NCBI GenBank assembly: GCA_045603585.1
Contig: JAZUMK010000042.1
Coordinates: forward strand, 10,171 to 74,170
Length of the DNA: 64,000 bases
Origin: Clostridia bacterium
GTDB taxonomy: Bacteria > Bacillota > Clostridia > Christensenellales > CAG-138
Reading direction: 5' to 3'
A program made the translations under genes and the position numbers. Within the stretch, counting starts at the first letter, position 1. Every line of letters starts with the position of its first letter. The notes below the pieces were generated by a model. The model ran no database searches. It saw nothing but the letters and a program-made list of their open reading frames with translations, and had not been told where the DNA came from. Of this stretch, positions 9,837-19,835 are shown piece after piece.

Positions 9837-11198
9837 CTACAGCAGCTTCTTAGTCTGGATGTAAACGTCGCCGGAGCCCAGTGTGATGACGATATCTCCG
9901 GGGGCGGCGTGCTCATCCAGCCATGCGCGGATATCTTCGAAGGTGGGCAGGTAAATGCCGTTGCCGCCGCCTGCGTTTATGCTGGCAACCATATCACGGG
10001 CGTGAACAGAGCCGTCGTCCTTTTCCCGGCCGGGGAAAATATCCGGCACCAGCACCGCGTCCGCCTGATTGAAGCAATCCACCACACCTGTAAAGAGGGT
10101 CTTTGCGCGGGTATAGCTGTTGCACTGGAAAACGCACCAGAGCTTATTGTGGCTTACGCGGCTTGCGGCGTCCAGCGCGGCGCGGTTTTCCGAGGGATGA
10201 TGGGCATAGTCGTGATATACCCTGATGCCGTCCCGCTCGCCGTAGAATTCAAACCTTCTGCGGGTATTGCGGAAAGCGCTGAGGGCTTCTGCGATGACCT
10301 TGAATTCACCGCCCAGATGCAGCGCAACCACCGCAGCGGCCATTGCGTCTACCACGCCGTGGCTGCCGGGCACATGCAGCTTGATATTGCCAAGGGATTC
10401 GCCCTTGCAGCACAGGTCAAAGGAGGGGCAGCCCTCATTGTCGTAAACGAGATTTGCGGGGGTATAGTCCGCATCTGCCATGCCGTAGGACAGCTTATTT
10501 CCGGGGAAATTGTCGAAAAGCTTCTTTACCCTGAAGTCATCGGTACAGGCGATAAAGCAGCCGTCTTCGGGCAGAAGGCCGATAAACTTTTCAAATGCCT
10601 TTACGATGTTGTCTATGGTTTTATAATAGTCAAGATGGTCGTTGTCGATGTTGTTTATCAGGGCAACGGTGGGGCGGAGGGTGAGGAAGCTCTCGACGTA
10701 TTCGCAGGCCTCAGTGATAAACAGGTCATGGGAGCCTATGCGGGTACCGCCCTGTAAGAATTCAACAAAGCCGCCGATATGCACCGTGGCATCCATGCCG
10801 CCCATATGGGAGATAAGCGCCAGCATGGAGGTGATGGTGGTTTTGCCGTGGCAGCCTGCTATGCCCACAACGTCCTTATAGCCTTCGGTAAGCTGACCCA
10901 GCACAACGCTGCGCTCCAGCTCGGGTATGCCAAGGCGTGCGGCTTCCGCCCGCTCCGGATTATCCGGCTTGATTGCGGCGGAGTATACCACAAGGTCGGC
11001 ATCTCCGATGTTTTCGGCCTTCTGGCCGATGGTAACGTCGATGCCCAGCTCTTCAAGGCGCTCGGTAAAGGGGGATACGGCGCTGTCGCTGCCCTTGACT
11101 TCATAGCCGCGGGCGCGGAGAATCTGAGCCAGACCGTTCATGGAACAGCCGCCTATGCCGATAAGATGTATTTTTTTATGTCCGTCAATGTGGGTCAT
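9837..11198 (-). CDS. murC: UDP-N-acetylmuramate--L-alanine ligase
   Basis: IHLIGIGGCSMNGLAQIL and GCHGKTT motifs. The preferred start is the ATG at 11198, preceded by GGAGG; the track ORF extends to 11231. Confidence 0.9.
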   Translation of the reverse strand: MTHIDGHKKIHLIGIGGCSMNGLAQILRARGYEVKGSDSAVSPFTERLEELGIDVTIGQKAENIGDADLVVYSAAIKPDNPERAEAARLGIPELERSVVLGQLTEGYKDVVGIAGCHGKTTITSMLALISHMGGMDATVHIGGFVEFLQGGTRIGSHDLFITEACEYVESFLTLRPTVALINNIDNDHLDYYKTIDNIVKAFEKFIGLLPEDGCFIACTDDFRVKKLFDNFPGNKLSYGMADADYTPANLVYDNEGCPSFDLCCKGESLGNIKLHVPGSHGVVDAMAAAVVALHLGGEFKVIAEALSAFRNTRRRFEFYGERDGIRVYHDYAHHPSENRAALDAASRVSHNKLWCVFQCNSYTRAKTLFTGVVDCFNQADAVLVPDIFPGREKDDGSVHARDMVASINAGGGNGIYLPTFEDIRAWLDEHAAPGDIVITLGSGDVYIQTKKLL

Positions 11199-11240
11199 AT
11201 TGTCCTCCATAAAACAGCGAATGCTACGCAAATCATTATA

Positions 11241-12053
11241 TCATATCGTATGGCAAACACAAGCAAAAGGCAGATGGGAAAGGGATACCGCGGCCTTTCG
11301 GGCGGCCGCCTCATTTTTAAATATGCCCACCACCGCCGCGCCGCTGCCCGTCATAAAGGCGGACACTGCGCCGCTGTCCAGAAGCATTTGCTTATGCAGG
11401 GCAATTTCGGGCAAAAGGGCGGATGCGGGCGGCTCAAGGGCATTTTTGCAAAGGGATGCAAGAAAGGCGGTGTCGCCTTTTTTTATTGCGGCGATGGCGC
11501 CGTCCGTATCCGGATGCTCCACAGGAAGCTGCAATGACCTGAACAGCCCCGCCGTGCTGACCCCGCCGCTGCCCTTTACTATTACCATATTGAGCCTTGG
11601 CGTGGGAAGGGGGGTGAGTATTTCGCCCACGCCTTCCGCCGCAGCGCAGCCCCCCATAAGGCAGAAGGGAACATCCGCGCCGACCTTGAGCCCCAGCTCA
11701 TACAGCCGCTTTTCCTCTATGGGATATCCGTAAAGCTGATTCATGCCCCTTAATACCGCCGCCGCGTCCGCGCTGGCGCCGCCGAGACCTGCCTCGGAGG
11801 GGATGTGCTTTGTAAGGCGGATATCTGCCCCTTTGCCTGTTTCCTGCCGGAAAAGCCCTGCGGCCTTTACTGCGGTGTTGTTTTCGGGCAAAGGAATATC
11901 ACAGCTGAAGCGGATATCTGACCCGGGCTGAATATCCACAACGTCGTGCAGAGAAACTGCACACATAACGCTCCGAAGGTCATGATAGCCGTCGGGACGC
12001 TTCCTGAGCACATCCAGGGTGAGATTTATTTTTGCATATGCCTTGATCTCCAT
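11241..12053 (-). CDS. ispE: 4-diphosphocytidyl-2-C-methyl-D-erythritol kinase
   Basis: MEIKAYAKINLTLDV N-terminus and the GHMP kinase motif PSEAGLGGASADAAA. Confidence 0.9.
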   Translation of the reverse strand: MEIKAYAKINLTLDVLRKRPDGYHDLRSVMCAVSLHDVVDIQPGSDIRFSCDIPLPENNTAVKAAGLFRQETGKGADIRLTKHIPSEAGLGGASADAAAVLRGMNQLYGYPIEEKRLYELGLKVGADVPFCLMGGCAAAEGVGEILTPLPTPRLNMVIVKGSGGVSTAGLFRSLQLPVEHPDTDGAIAAIKKGDTAFLASLCKNALEPPASALLPEIALHKQMLLDSGAVSAFMTGSGAAVVGIFKNEAAARKAAVSLSHLPFACVCHTI

Positions 12054-12142
12054 ATCTGCATTATAACAAAAGGGCTGTGAAATGTATATGCGTCCTTGGG
12101 TGTGGGGATAATTTCACCAGCGTATTAAAAAAGGAGATCCGT

Positions 12143-12670
12143 ATGAAAAAGTTCATTTATATAGCAGCGGTATGCATGCTGAGCTTTATGCTTATGCTTG
12201 TATTCAGGCCAAGGGTATTCCGACTGCATGTTATCGCAAACAGCGACAGCGCGGCGGATCAGACCGTAAAGCTTGCGGTGCGGGATGCCATACTGAGCTA
12301 CGAGCGGGATATGTGGGACGTATCCTCCGCAGCGGAGACAAAGGAGCGGCTGATGGCAGACGGAGCGGGGCTGTATGCCGCAATTGACAGCACCCTCAAA
12401 GGATACGGCATGGAGTATTCCGCGGAGCTGCATATGGGCCGCTATGACTTTCCGGACAGGGAATATGCAGGCGTGGTATATCCGGCGGGAGAATATCAGG
12501 CTCTGCGGGTGATACTGGGGGAGGGCAATGGAAAAAACTGGTGGTGTGTAATGTTTCCGCCCCTGTGCATACTGGAGGCTCCTGATGGGGAAATTGAGAA
12601 GGAGGCTAAGTTTGACAGCCTTATTCTCAAGCTCATAAGGGAGGTAAAATCAGGTGAAAAACAGCCATAG
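12143..12670 (+). CDS. spoIIR: stage II sporulation protein R
   Basis: FRLHVIANSDS...NWWCVMFPPLC motifs. The ATG at 12143 has an AAGGAG RBS; the track ORF begins upstream at 12077. Confidence 0.85.
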   Translation: MKKFIYIAAVCMLSFMLMLVFRPRVFRLHVIANSDSAADQTVKLAVRDAILSYERDMWDVSSAAETKERLMADGAGLYAAIDSTLKGYGMEYSAELHMGRYDFPDREYAGVVYPAGEYQALRVILGEGNGKNWWCVMFPPLCILEAPDGEIEKEAKFDSLILKLIREVKSGEKQP

Positions 12671-13337
12671 GGCGGTGGCCCTGCTGATGATAATCGCGTT
12701 TGTATGCCTGCTTATCCCGGTGAATGCGGACGCTGCGTCATTGGGACAGGGCTCATCGGGGGAAAAGGTAAAAACCCTGCAGAGCAAGCTGAAAAAGTGG
12801 GACTATTACGATGGGCCCGTTGACGGCGTATACGGAAACGGCACCCGCCGGGCGGTGGAAAAATTCCAGCGCAAGAACGGCCTGACGGTGGATGGGGTGG
12901 TTGGTCCTGCTACGGCAAAAGCCCTGGGAATGTCTCTGGGGGGCAGTTCATCAGGATCCTCAGGGGGCGGTTCCTCAGGCAGCTCTTCAAATAAAAACCT
13001 GTATCTCCTTGCTCAGCTGGTTCATGGCGAGGCAAGGGGAGAGCCGTATAAGGGCATGGTTGCGGTGGCGGCGGTGGTGCTGAACAGGGTGGAAAGCTCA
13101 TCCTTTCCAAACAGCATTTCGGGGGTAATATACCAGAAGGGGGCATTTTCCGTGGTGGATGACGGGCAGATAAACCTTGCGCCGAATGAACAATCCATCA
13201 AGGCAGCAAGAGACGCCATGAACGGCTGGGATCCCACAGGGGGCTGCCTCTATTACTATGCTCCTGCCAAGACCACAAATAAATGGATGCTGTCACACAA
13301 GGTAAAGGTGAAGATCGGCGACCATTCATTCTTTTAA
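12654..13337 (+). CDS. sleB: spore cortex-lytic enzyme SleB-like (PG-binding domain plus Hydrolase_2)
   Basis: Signal peptide, peptidoglycan-binding repeat (YGNGTRRAVEKFQRKNGLTVDGVVG), and a cell-wall hydrolase core (HGEARGEPYKGMVAVAAVVLNRV). GTG start with a GGGAGG RBS. Confidence 0.85.
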   Translation: MKNSHRAVALLMIIAFVCLLIPVNADAASLGQGSSGEKVKTLQSKLKKWDYYDGPVDGVYGNGTRRAVEKFQRKNGLTVDGVVGPATAKALGMSLGGSSSGSSGGGSSGSSSNKNLYLLAQLVHGEARGEPYKGMVAVAAVVLNRVESSSFPNSISGVIYQKGAFSVVDDGQINLAPNEQSIKAARDAMNGWDPTGGCLYYYAPAKTTNKWMLSHKVKVKIGDHSFF

Positions 13338-13349
13338 AGGAGAGGGCTT

Positions 13350-14678
13350 ATGAGGGAAAAGACTGTTGTTATGCTGAAAAAATACGCTCTGCCCATACTG
13401 CTGGCCGTTGCCCTTACAGGGGTGAGTCTGTGGGCGTTCAGTCAGCGGGCGCTGGCAAAAAGCTATAAAAATGTAGTGCAAAGCGGATACATGCAGGCTT
13501 ACGGCGAACTGACGGACGATTTGTATGAGCTGGAAACAGCACTGTCCAAGCTGATGGCGGTAAGCTCGCCTGCCCAGTATGTGCTGCTGCTGGATGAGGT
13601 GTGGCGGCTGTCGGGGTCTGCGGTCAGCAATATGTCCCATCTTCCGGTGTCCCACGTGGATACGGCGGAGCTGAATCAGTTTATCGTGCGGCTTGGGGAC
13701 TATGCCCATGCCCTTACAAAGAAGGCCGTCAACGGCGGCATGATAACCGAGGAGGATACGGAAAATATAGCCAAGCTGAGAAACAGCTGCGCTTCCCTTG
13801 CGGCGGAACATGAGCAAAAGCTGAGGGCAGGGGAAATACCTGATGGGGAAAGCGATGCATACTATGTGCAGGCGGAGGAGACCCAATACAAGGAGGGGGA
13901 GGATATTGCAAAATTTCCCACCCTTATATACGACGGGCCCTTTTCAGAGAGCAGCGAAAAGCTGCAGCCGCTGGGCCTGAAGGGAGCGGAGGTGGATCAG
14001 CAAACCGCAGAGGGGATGGCCGAAAACATCGCCGGCATGGATATGACCTTCTCCGGAGCAAACGAGGGACAGATACCCGCATATGAGTTCAGCTTTTCTG
14101 ATGAAAACGGCAGCTGGGCAGAGGTCTCAGTTACAAAACAGGGGGGTATGCTGCTGTATTATATGTCTTCTCCGGCGGGAAATGCCCAAGGCAAGCCCGA
14201 GGAGGCGGAGGGGCGGAAATATCGGGATATTGCCCTTGCAAAGCTTGGTGAGCTGGGATATGGGGAGATGCAGAGCGCATATGCCCAGTATTATGACGGC
14301 GTGGCGGTGATAAACTTTGCGGCGGTGCAGGATGGAGTGCTGCTTTACAGCGATCTTGTTAAGGTATGGGTGGACAGGGAAAGCCAAAGGGTGTGCGGTA
14401 TTGATGCCCGAAATTACCTTTTCAGCCACAGGCAGAGGGAATTTGCGCAGCCTCATGTATCCAAAGAGGAAGCTCAAAGCATGCTGTCATCTGCTCTTCA
14501 GGTGCAGGGCCATGCAATGGCGCTGATACCTGTTACCCCCGAAACCGAGGTGCTGTGCCATGAGTTTAAATGCACGCTGGGCGAGGATTCATACATACTT
14601 TACATAAACGCCGCAAACGGCCGGGAGGAACAGATATTCAAGATAATCGACAGCGAAGACGGTCAGCTGGTGATATAA
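13350..14678 (+). CDS. ypeB: germination protein YpeB
   Basis: 442 aa with an N-terminal membrane anchor and PepSY-like C-terminal repeats. It lies immediately downstream of sleB, as in the conserved sleB-ypeB operon. Confidence 0.8.
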   Translation: MREKTVVMLKKYALPILLAVALTGVSLWAFSQRALAKSYKNVVQSGYMQAYGELTDDLYELETALSKLMAVSSPAQYVLLLDEVWRLSGSAVSNMSHLPVSHVDTAELNQFIVRLGDYAHALTKKAVNGGMITEEDTENIAKLRNSCASLAAEHEQKLRAGEIPDGESDAYYVQAEETQYKEGEDIAKFPTLIYDGPFSESSEKLQPLGLKGAEVDQQTAEGMAENIAGMDMTFSGANEGQIPAYEFSFSDENGSWAEVSVTKQGGMLLYYMSSPAGNAQGKPEEAEGRKYRDIALAKLGELGYGEMQSAYAQYYDGVAVINFAAVQDGVLLYSDLVKVWVDRESQRVCGIDARNYLFSHRQREFAQPHVSKEEAQSMLSSALQVQGHAMALIPVTPETEVLCHEFKCTLGEDSYILYINAANGREEQIFKIIDSEDGQLVI

Positions 14679-14705
14679 TCCTTCATATCAGAGCAAATAC
14701 GGCAT

Positions 14706-14733
14706 AAAACCGCCCCTTATGGGGGCGGTTTTT
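14706..14733 (+). terminator. intrinsic terminator after ypeB
   Basis: Stem ACCGCCCC/GGGGCGGT followed by a T-run. Confidence 0.75.
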
Positions 14734-14839
14734 GCAGGGGCGAAATTGTCAAGCTTCACACAAAGATTGCTCCCTTTACTTGACAACGGAAAAAAAAGGA
14801 CGTAATCTTATATATTATATCTTTTTTATTAAGATTATT

Positions 14840-15469
14840 ATGCAGAAAGGGCATTGGCCGATGGACAGCGTGCATTCCGTCATCCGCAGGGAACTGTGCT
14901 CTTTTGCAGCAAAGGCATATGAGAACGCCACACCGGACATGTTTGATATGGATTGTCCGGGGGCGGAGATTTCCGCGCCGCTGGGCTTCAGGCCGGGGCC
15001 GGACGGGGCATGGTGGCAGCAGCGGCTGAGCGGCCTTGCCAAAGAATATCCCCCCATGCTGTACGGCACAAAGCTTATAAAATGCATTTCTTCCGCAAAC
15101 GGACATCTGCTTTTTCATCTTTCGGACGATGCATATTCCGCAATAATTTCCCATATAATAAAAAACTATCCCAAGCCCCAAATGCCGGAGGATACCGGCG
15201 ATATTGTAAACTATGCCCTGGCCCGCATGCTGATGCTGAGCCGAAAGGGCGGCAGCGGATGCCCCGATGCCTTTAAAAAAGGGCTGTGGCTGTGTTTGTG
15301 CATAGAGGGCTTTGAAGGAAAAAAGCGGGAGGCCCTTCGAAAGCGGGCGGCAGAGGCGCTGCTCAACGCAATGGAAGGGATGACCGGGGCGGAGCGGGAC
15401 GGCTTAAGGGAAACAGCCGGCGGCTGCGCCGATTGCGCCGCAAGATTATTGACGATAAATCCCCGATAG
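14840..15469 (+). CDS. hypothetical protein, possibly a stand-alone DALR anticodon-binding-like domain
   Basis: The segment VNYALARMLMLSRKGG resembles the ArgRS DALR helix (YAHARI..ILRK). The start is uncertain (14840 or 14861) and the RBS is weak. Confidence 0.4.
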   Translation: MQKGHWPMDSVHSVIRRELCSFAAKAYENATPDMFDMDCPGAEISAPLGFRPGPDGAWWQQRLSGLAKEYPPMLYGTKLIKCISSANGHLLFHLSDDAYSAIISHIIKNYPKPQMPEDTGDIVNYALARMLMLSRKGGSGCPDAFKKGLWLCLCIEGFEGKKREALRKRAAEALLNAMEGMTGAERDGLRETAGGCADCAARLLTINPR

Positions 15470-15484
15470 GAGGTAAATATAAAT

Positions 15485-16129
15485 ATGACTATAAAATGGC
15501 TTGGACATTCCTGTTTTTTGCTTACGGATTCCGAGGGCACCCGCCTGCTGCTGGATCCCTGCGATCCAGCTACCGGCTATGATATAGGAGTTCATGAGGT
15601 TGATGCCGTGACTTCCAGCCATGGACATCACGATCATAACTACTTTGCCGCGGCGGGCGAAGATCCCCGCATAATAAACGAGCCCGGCGAATTTACCGTG
15701 AACAGCGTAAAGATCACCGGCTATCCCACCTGGCATGACGATGCCCAGGGTGCTTTGCGCGGCCGCAATATAATGTATCTGTTCGAGATGGACGGCCTCC
15801 GCGTGCTGCATGCGGGCGATCTGGGACAGCTGCCGGATAAGGAAACACTGGATGCCATCTGCCATGTGGATGTGCTGCTTGTTCCGGTGGGCGGCGGATA
15901 CACCATCGACCATCGCGGAGCCAGAGAGCTTGCCAATACGCTCGGCATCAAGGTTCTTATACCCATGCATTACAAAACCGATGCGCTGAAGTTTGAGCTG
16001 GAGGAGGTAACTCCCCTGCTGGATCATGCCAGCGGCTGCGCCATTCACCGCATGCGCCAGAGCGAGGCTTCCATTTCCCCCGACAGCCTTGGCAATGACA
16101 GAATAATCGTATTGGATTACAGGGCATAG
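15485..16129 (+). CDS. MBL-fold metallo-hydrolase (UPF0173-like)
   Basis: MTIKWLGHSCFLL...SHGHHDH motif. Confidence 0.8.
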   Translation: MTIKWLGHSCFLLTDSEGTRLLLDPCDPATGYDIGVHEVDAVTSSHGHHDHNYFAAAGEDPRIINEPGEFTVNSVKITGYPTWHDDAQGALRGRNIMYLFEMDGLRVLHAGDLGQLPDKETLDAICHVDVLLVPVGGGYTIDHRGARELANTLGIKVLIPMHYKTDALKFELEEVTPLLDHASGCAIHRMRQSEASISPDSLGNDRIIVLDYRA

Positions 16130-16136
16130 CTTGCTT

Positions 16137-16616
16137 ATGCACATAAGAAAAGCGAGAACAGAGGATATCCCGGATATCATGCGCATATACGATGCGGCCC
16201 GTGCATCCATGCGCAGAAGCGGCAATATGAACCAATGGATAAACGGCTACCCATCCGAGGAGCTTGTACGGCAGGACATCGCAGACGGTGTGAGCTATGT
16301 TTGCTGTGAGGATGATGAGCTTTACTGCGTATTCGCCTTCATACTGGGAGAGGATCCCACATATGCCGTGATAGAGGACGGAGAATGGCCGAATTCAGAG
16401 CCCTACGGCACAATACACCGCATAGGCAGCGATGGACGAAGGAGAGGCCTTTTCCCGCTGTGTCTGGATTTTTGTACAGGGATAATAAAGACCGTACGCA
16501 TAGATACCCATGCGGATAATGCTCCCATGCATCACATACTTAAAAAACACGGCTTTACCCGCTGCGGTATAATTTACGTATACGACGGCAGCCCAAGGGT
16601 GGCCTACTGCAATTAG
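16137..16616 (+). CDS. GNAT family N-acetyltransferase
   Basis: MHIRKARTEDIPDIMRIYDAA N-terminus and GNAT-like core. The ATG at 16137 is preferred over the TTG at 16131. Confidence 0.7.
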   Translation: MHIRKARTEDIPDIMRIYDAARASMRRSGNMNQWINGYPSEELVRQDIADGVSYVCCEDDELYCVFAFILGEDPTYAVIEDGEWPNSEPYGTIHRIGSDGRRRGLFPLCLDFCTGIIKTVRIDTHADNAPMHHILKKHGFTRCGIIYVYDGSPRVAYCN

Positions 16617-16670
16617 AATCACAGCAAAAAAGTGACCGGTGTGGTCACTTTTGCGTATCGGGAGAAAGCC

Positions 16671-17084
16671 ATGATAAAAACCGTAAGAGACAATATCTGC
16701 GCTCCATACAGCCTTCACGATATGAATGTTATCGCCTTTGAGGTGGATGGTGACAGGATAACAATGCGCACCCAGTCCGGCATGTGCAGGACAATACCGC
16801 CCCTTGGCCAGCCGGATGGTTATGTGGAGTTTCATGGAGTGCGGTGGGATTACAGCTATGCCTATCTGCTGAATTTTACCGGCAATGTGGGAACCTTTTC
16901 CGGCGAAAAGATGTTTTTGAAGGACTTTATAGACAAAAATCCCATATTTGGATTCTGCATTATGGATGAAACCTATGGCTACAACTGCACCAAGTATACC
17001 GGATATCTTACCGGAAACCGGCAATTTTATGAGTGCATGGTGGAGATATACCACGAAGGGGATATGGTATTCGTGGAGGAATAA
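16671..17084 (+). CDS. hypothetical protein
   Basis: 137-aa ORF with a GGGAGA RBS, preceded by a terminator hairpin (16630..16655) and followed by a bidirectional terminator. Confidence 0.5.
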   Translation: MIKTVRDNICAPYSLHDMNVIAFEVDGDRITMRTQSGMCRTIPPLGQPDGYVEFHGVRWDYSYAYLLNFTGNVGTFSGEKMFLKDFIDKNPIFGFCIMDETYGYNCTKYTGYLTGNRQFYECMVEIYHEGDMVFVEE

Positions 17085-17094
17085 AAACTAAAAT

Positions 17095-17131
17095 AAACAG
17101 CGGGCTGCATTTTTTGCAGTCCGCTGTTTTT
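17095..17131. terminator. bidirectional intrinsic terminator
   Basis: 15-bp stem AAACAGCGGGCTGCA/TGCAGTCCGCTGTTT between convergent genes. Confidence 0.75.
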
Positions 17132-17200
17132 ATACACATCTTACATCATCTCGGGTTGTTTTTACGTCAATGATCCGGCTTTTATTGGGTTATTCAATGT

Positions 17201-18328
17201 TTATTCCACCACCTCCTTTAAATAGCCGTAGCCTTCGGCTTCCATCTGTTCATATGGGATAAACCTGAGGGATGCGCTGTTGATGCAGTAGCGCACGCCG
17301 TTGGGTGAATCCGGGTCGTTCTGGAAAACATGGCCCAGATGTGAGTTGCCTGCCCTGCTGCGCACCTCGATGCGCTGCATTCCGTGGCTGTTGTCGCGGA
17401 ATCTCAGTATAGCGGGCTCTTCGATGGGCTTGGAAAATGCGGGCCAGCCGCAGCTGCTTTCAAATTTATCAGCAGAGGAAAACAGAGGCTCTCCGGTTAC
17501 GATGTCCACATAAATGCCTTTTTCAAAGGTGTCCCAGTATTGGTTTTGGAATGGGTATTCCGTGCCGCTTTGCTGGGTAACCATATACTGCTCCTCTGTC
17601 AGCATTTCCCGTATCGCCTCATCTGCGGGCTTCTGATAGTCGCCGGGGTCTATCTGCATATCCTTGAACAGGTTTATTTTCCACATGGGGATGTGGCAAT
17701 AACCGCCAGGATTATTTACAAGGTAATCCTGATGATACTCTTCGGCGGGATAAAAGTTGAGCAGGGGGCCGATCTCCACGGCGAATTTTTCGTAGCGGCT
17801 TCTTTCGATTTCCGCTATCCGCTCAACGGTTTCCTTTGCCTTGCCATTGGTGTAATATACGCCTGTCTGATACTGGGAGCCCACATCATAGCCCTGCCTG
17901 TTTTCCACAGTGGGGTCTATTATGTAGAAAAATGCCAGCAGCAGTCCGTCAAGGCTTATCTGCTCAGGGTCGTATTCCACCCTTACGGTTTCGCGGAAGC
18001 CTGTATTTCCATTGCACACCGCATGGTAATTGGCATCCTCTGCCCCTGTGCCGTTGGCATAGCCGCTTTGTGCGTCTATAACTCCGGGGATGGATTGCAT
18101 CAGGTGCTCAAGGCCCCAGAAGCAGCCGCCGGCCAGATATATCACGTTTTGGGTTTCATGGGAAAAGTCCATAATTTCCACCTCGGGTTGGGTTTGATCT
18201 TGGGATAATGCGGCTTTTGCTGCGGAGCCGCTTTGCTGTGCAGGATCGGAACACCCGCTTACCACGGAGACTGCAAGAAGCAGGGCCATAAGCCATGGTA
18301 TAACTGTCCTGCGTTTCTTATACTTCAT
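17201..18328 (-). CDS. msrAB: bifunctional peptide methionine sulfoxide reductase MsrA/MsrB, secreted or lipoprotein form
   Basis: Lipobox VSGC, MsrA motif GGCFWGLE, and MsrB motif [11 protein letters not shown]. Confidence 0.9.
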   Translation of the reverse strand: MKYKKRRTVIPWLMALLLAVSVVSGCSDPAQQSGSAAKAALSQDQTQPEVEIMDFSHETQNVIYLAGGCFWGLEHLMQSIPGVIDAQSGYANGTGAEDANYHAVCNGNTGFRETVRVEYDPEQISLDGLLLAFFYIIDPTVENRQGYDVGSQYQTGVYYTNGKAKETVERIAEIERSRYEKFAVEIGPLLNFYPAEEYHQDYLVNNPGGYCHIPMWKINLFKDMQIDPGDYQKPADEAIREMLTEEQYMVTQQSGTEYPFQNQYWDTFEKGIYVDIVTGEPLFSSADKFESSCGWPAFSKPIEEPAILRFRDNSHGMQRIEVRSRAGNSHLGHVFQNDPDSPNGVRYCINSASLRFIPYEQMEAEGYGYLKEVVE

Positions 18329-18529
18329 AGGTGTCCTCCGTTTTTATTTAATCGGAACGGCACCGGATCATAGACGGAAAGAATACAGCGCGTATGCTGT
18401 TTTCTTGCTGAACTTTATTATGACAGCCCTCCTTTTTGCTGTCTGTGATTGTATTATACAGGGAAGCGAAATATACTTCCGTGATATTGTTACCAAAAAA
18501 GAGCAGCTGTGCTGCTCTTTATGTGTGGT

Positions 18530-19030
18530 TTATTTTATTCTGGCAAGGGAGACGTTTTTGTATGCGGGGTCAAAGGTGACTTCCTGAATTATATCCAGCC
18601 AGTCCGGGAAGAGTATTTCCTCGTCCTCGGACTTAAGCTCCACTTCCGCAACGGCTTTATCCTGCCAGAAGGGATATATGTCTATTTCGAATGTGTGGCC
18701 GCCGTAGGGTATGCATAGGCGGGTTTTTTCTATGGGGCGGAAGGCGGGGTCTGCATCCTTCAGCAGGGCAAGGTATTCTTCCTCGGATACAGTACGCTCG
18801 ATTTCCACGCGGGTAAGCTCGGATATTTTGTGCTTTTTAGTGTGGGTGTATATGCAGCCCTCTTTGGATACGCTTTTGCGTACCCTTGCGGCGCCTCCTG
18901 CAAGGTAGGTCTGTATCATATTAAGCTCGGCGCAGCCGGGCAATGACATAAGCTGAGCCTTGTTTGGATAGGCGATAAGAAACTTGCGCTCTATTTCAAG
19001 GGGCTGCTGTGTGTTTATAGTGTCAGCCAT
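18530..19030 (-). CDS. CYTH-domain protein (triphosphate tunnel metalloenzyme)
   Basis: EIERKFLI signature near the N-terminus; 166 aa. Confidence 0.75.
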   Translation of the reverse strand: MADTINTQQPLEIERKFLIAYPNKAQLMSLPGCAELNMIQTYLAGGAARVRKSVSKEGCIYTHTKKHKISELTRVEIERTVSEEEYLALLKDADPAFRPIEKTRLCIPYGGHTFEIDIYPFWQDKAVAEVELKSEDEEILFPDWLDIIQEVTFDPAYKNVSLARIK

Positions 19031-19038
19031 AGGCGTAT

Positions 19039-19272
19039 TTACTCTGTTACGATATAGGGAAGCAGCAGGTGAAGGTCGTCAGGATTGCTTATGGCAAGCT
19101 CGATACCCTCGATGCGCTGATCTTCAAATACCTGGGTAAGGGCAATATACTGGCACAGGCGGGATTTAAGATTGAGACAATCCCCCTCGGCGCTCAGCAG
19201 CTCAACCCGGCCTGCGCAGCTGTTTACCGCATCAAAAAAGCGGGCAGGCTCGGATATATCCTTTATCTTCAT
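19039..19272 (-). CDS. hypothetical small protein
   Basis: The ORF sits 8 nt upstream of the CYTH gene. The start at 19272 has an AAGGAG RBS; the track ORF extends to 19296. Confidence 0.45.
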   Translation of the reverse strand: MKIKDISEPARFFDAVNSCAGRVELLSAEGDCLNLKSRLCQYIALTQVFEDQRIEGIELAISNPDDLHLLLPYIVTE

Positions 19273-19392
19273 TTTGCGGCGTCTCCTTTTATCCATTTGA
19301 TGATATTATACATTAGATCACAGGCTTTTTCCATGGCATTGTTTTTTCATAACACACCTGCAATTCTTCACAATTCTTTCAAAATATTATTA

Positions 19393-19447
19393 TGACTGTG
19401 TCACGGGAATATTCTATAATTAGCACTCGAAGGGCGAGAGTGCTAAA
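19393..19447 (+). promoter_or_regulatory. sigma-A-type promoter plus a perfect CIRCE (HrcA operator) upstream of clpB
   Basis: The -10 TATAAT is at 19416..19421 and a -35-like ATGACT is 17 nt upstream. CIRCE TTAGCACTC-N9-GAGTGCTAA at 19421..19447 matches the consensus exactly. Confidence 0.85.
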
Positions 19448-19625
19448 ATGTTTCGCTCAAATGCTGCTGGCATTTGAGCGAGGAGCGCACAAGTGCTGCG
19501 CACGTGTGCGATTAGAATCCTTACGGGGCTTTACATGATTTGCCTATGGCGACTGCGGCCGCCACCGGGCGGCAAATCATGCAGGGAATGGATTCCTCCG
19601 GAATCCTTCCGCATTTGCCGTACAT

Positions 19626-19772
19626 GCCGCCAAATGCGGATCGGAAGCCTCTGGGTGTGGATGTGTCGCCGCCGAATGCGGATCGGAAGCCTCTGGGTGT
19701 GGATACACACGCCGCCAAATGCGGATCGGAAGCCTCGGAATGTGGATGCGCATGCCGCCAGATGCGGATTGA
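19626..19772 (+). repeat. 42-43-bp tandem repeat, ~3.4 copies, in the clpB leader
   Basis: Copies start at 19626, 19668, 19711 and 19754 (the last partial). The conserved core is GCCGCC(A/G)AATGCGGATCGGAAGCCTC..GTGGAT, with a ~6-nt variable tail. Confidence 0.9.
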
Positions 19773-19835
19773 AAACATCGCGTTGTCAATAATACTAACC
19801 GTGACCATTACCTCAAAGAAGGAGGAAAAGACATA

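Noticed and set aside
19626-19772. Possible mini-CRISPR array
   Set aside because: The units are contiguous 42-43-bp tandem repeats with only ~6 variable nt. There are no spacers of CRISPR length and no cas genes in the window.
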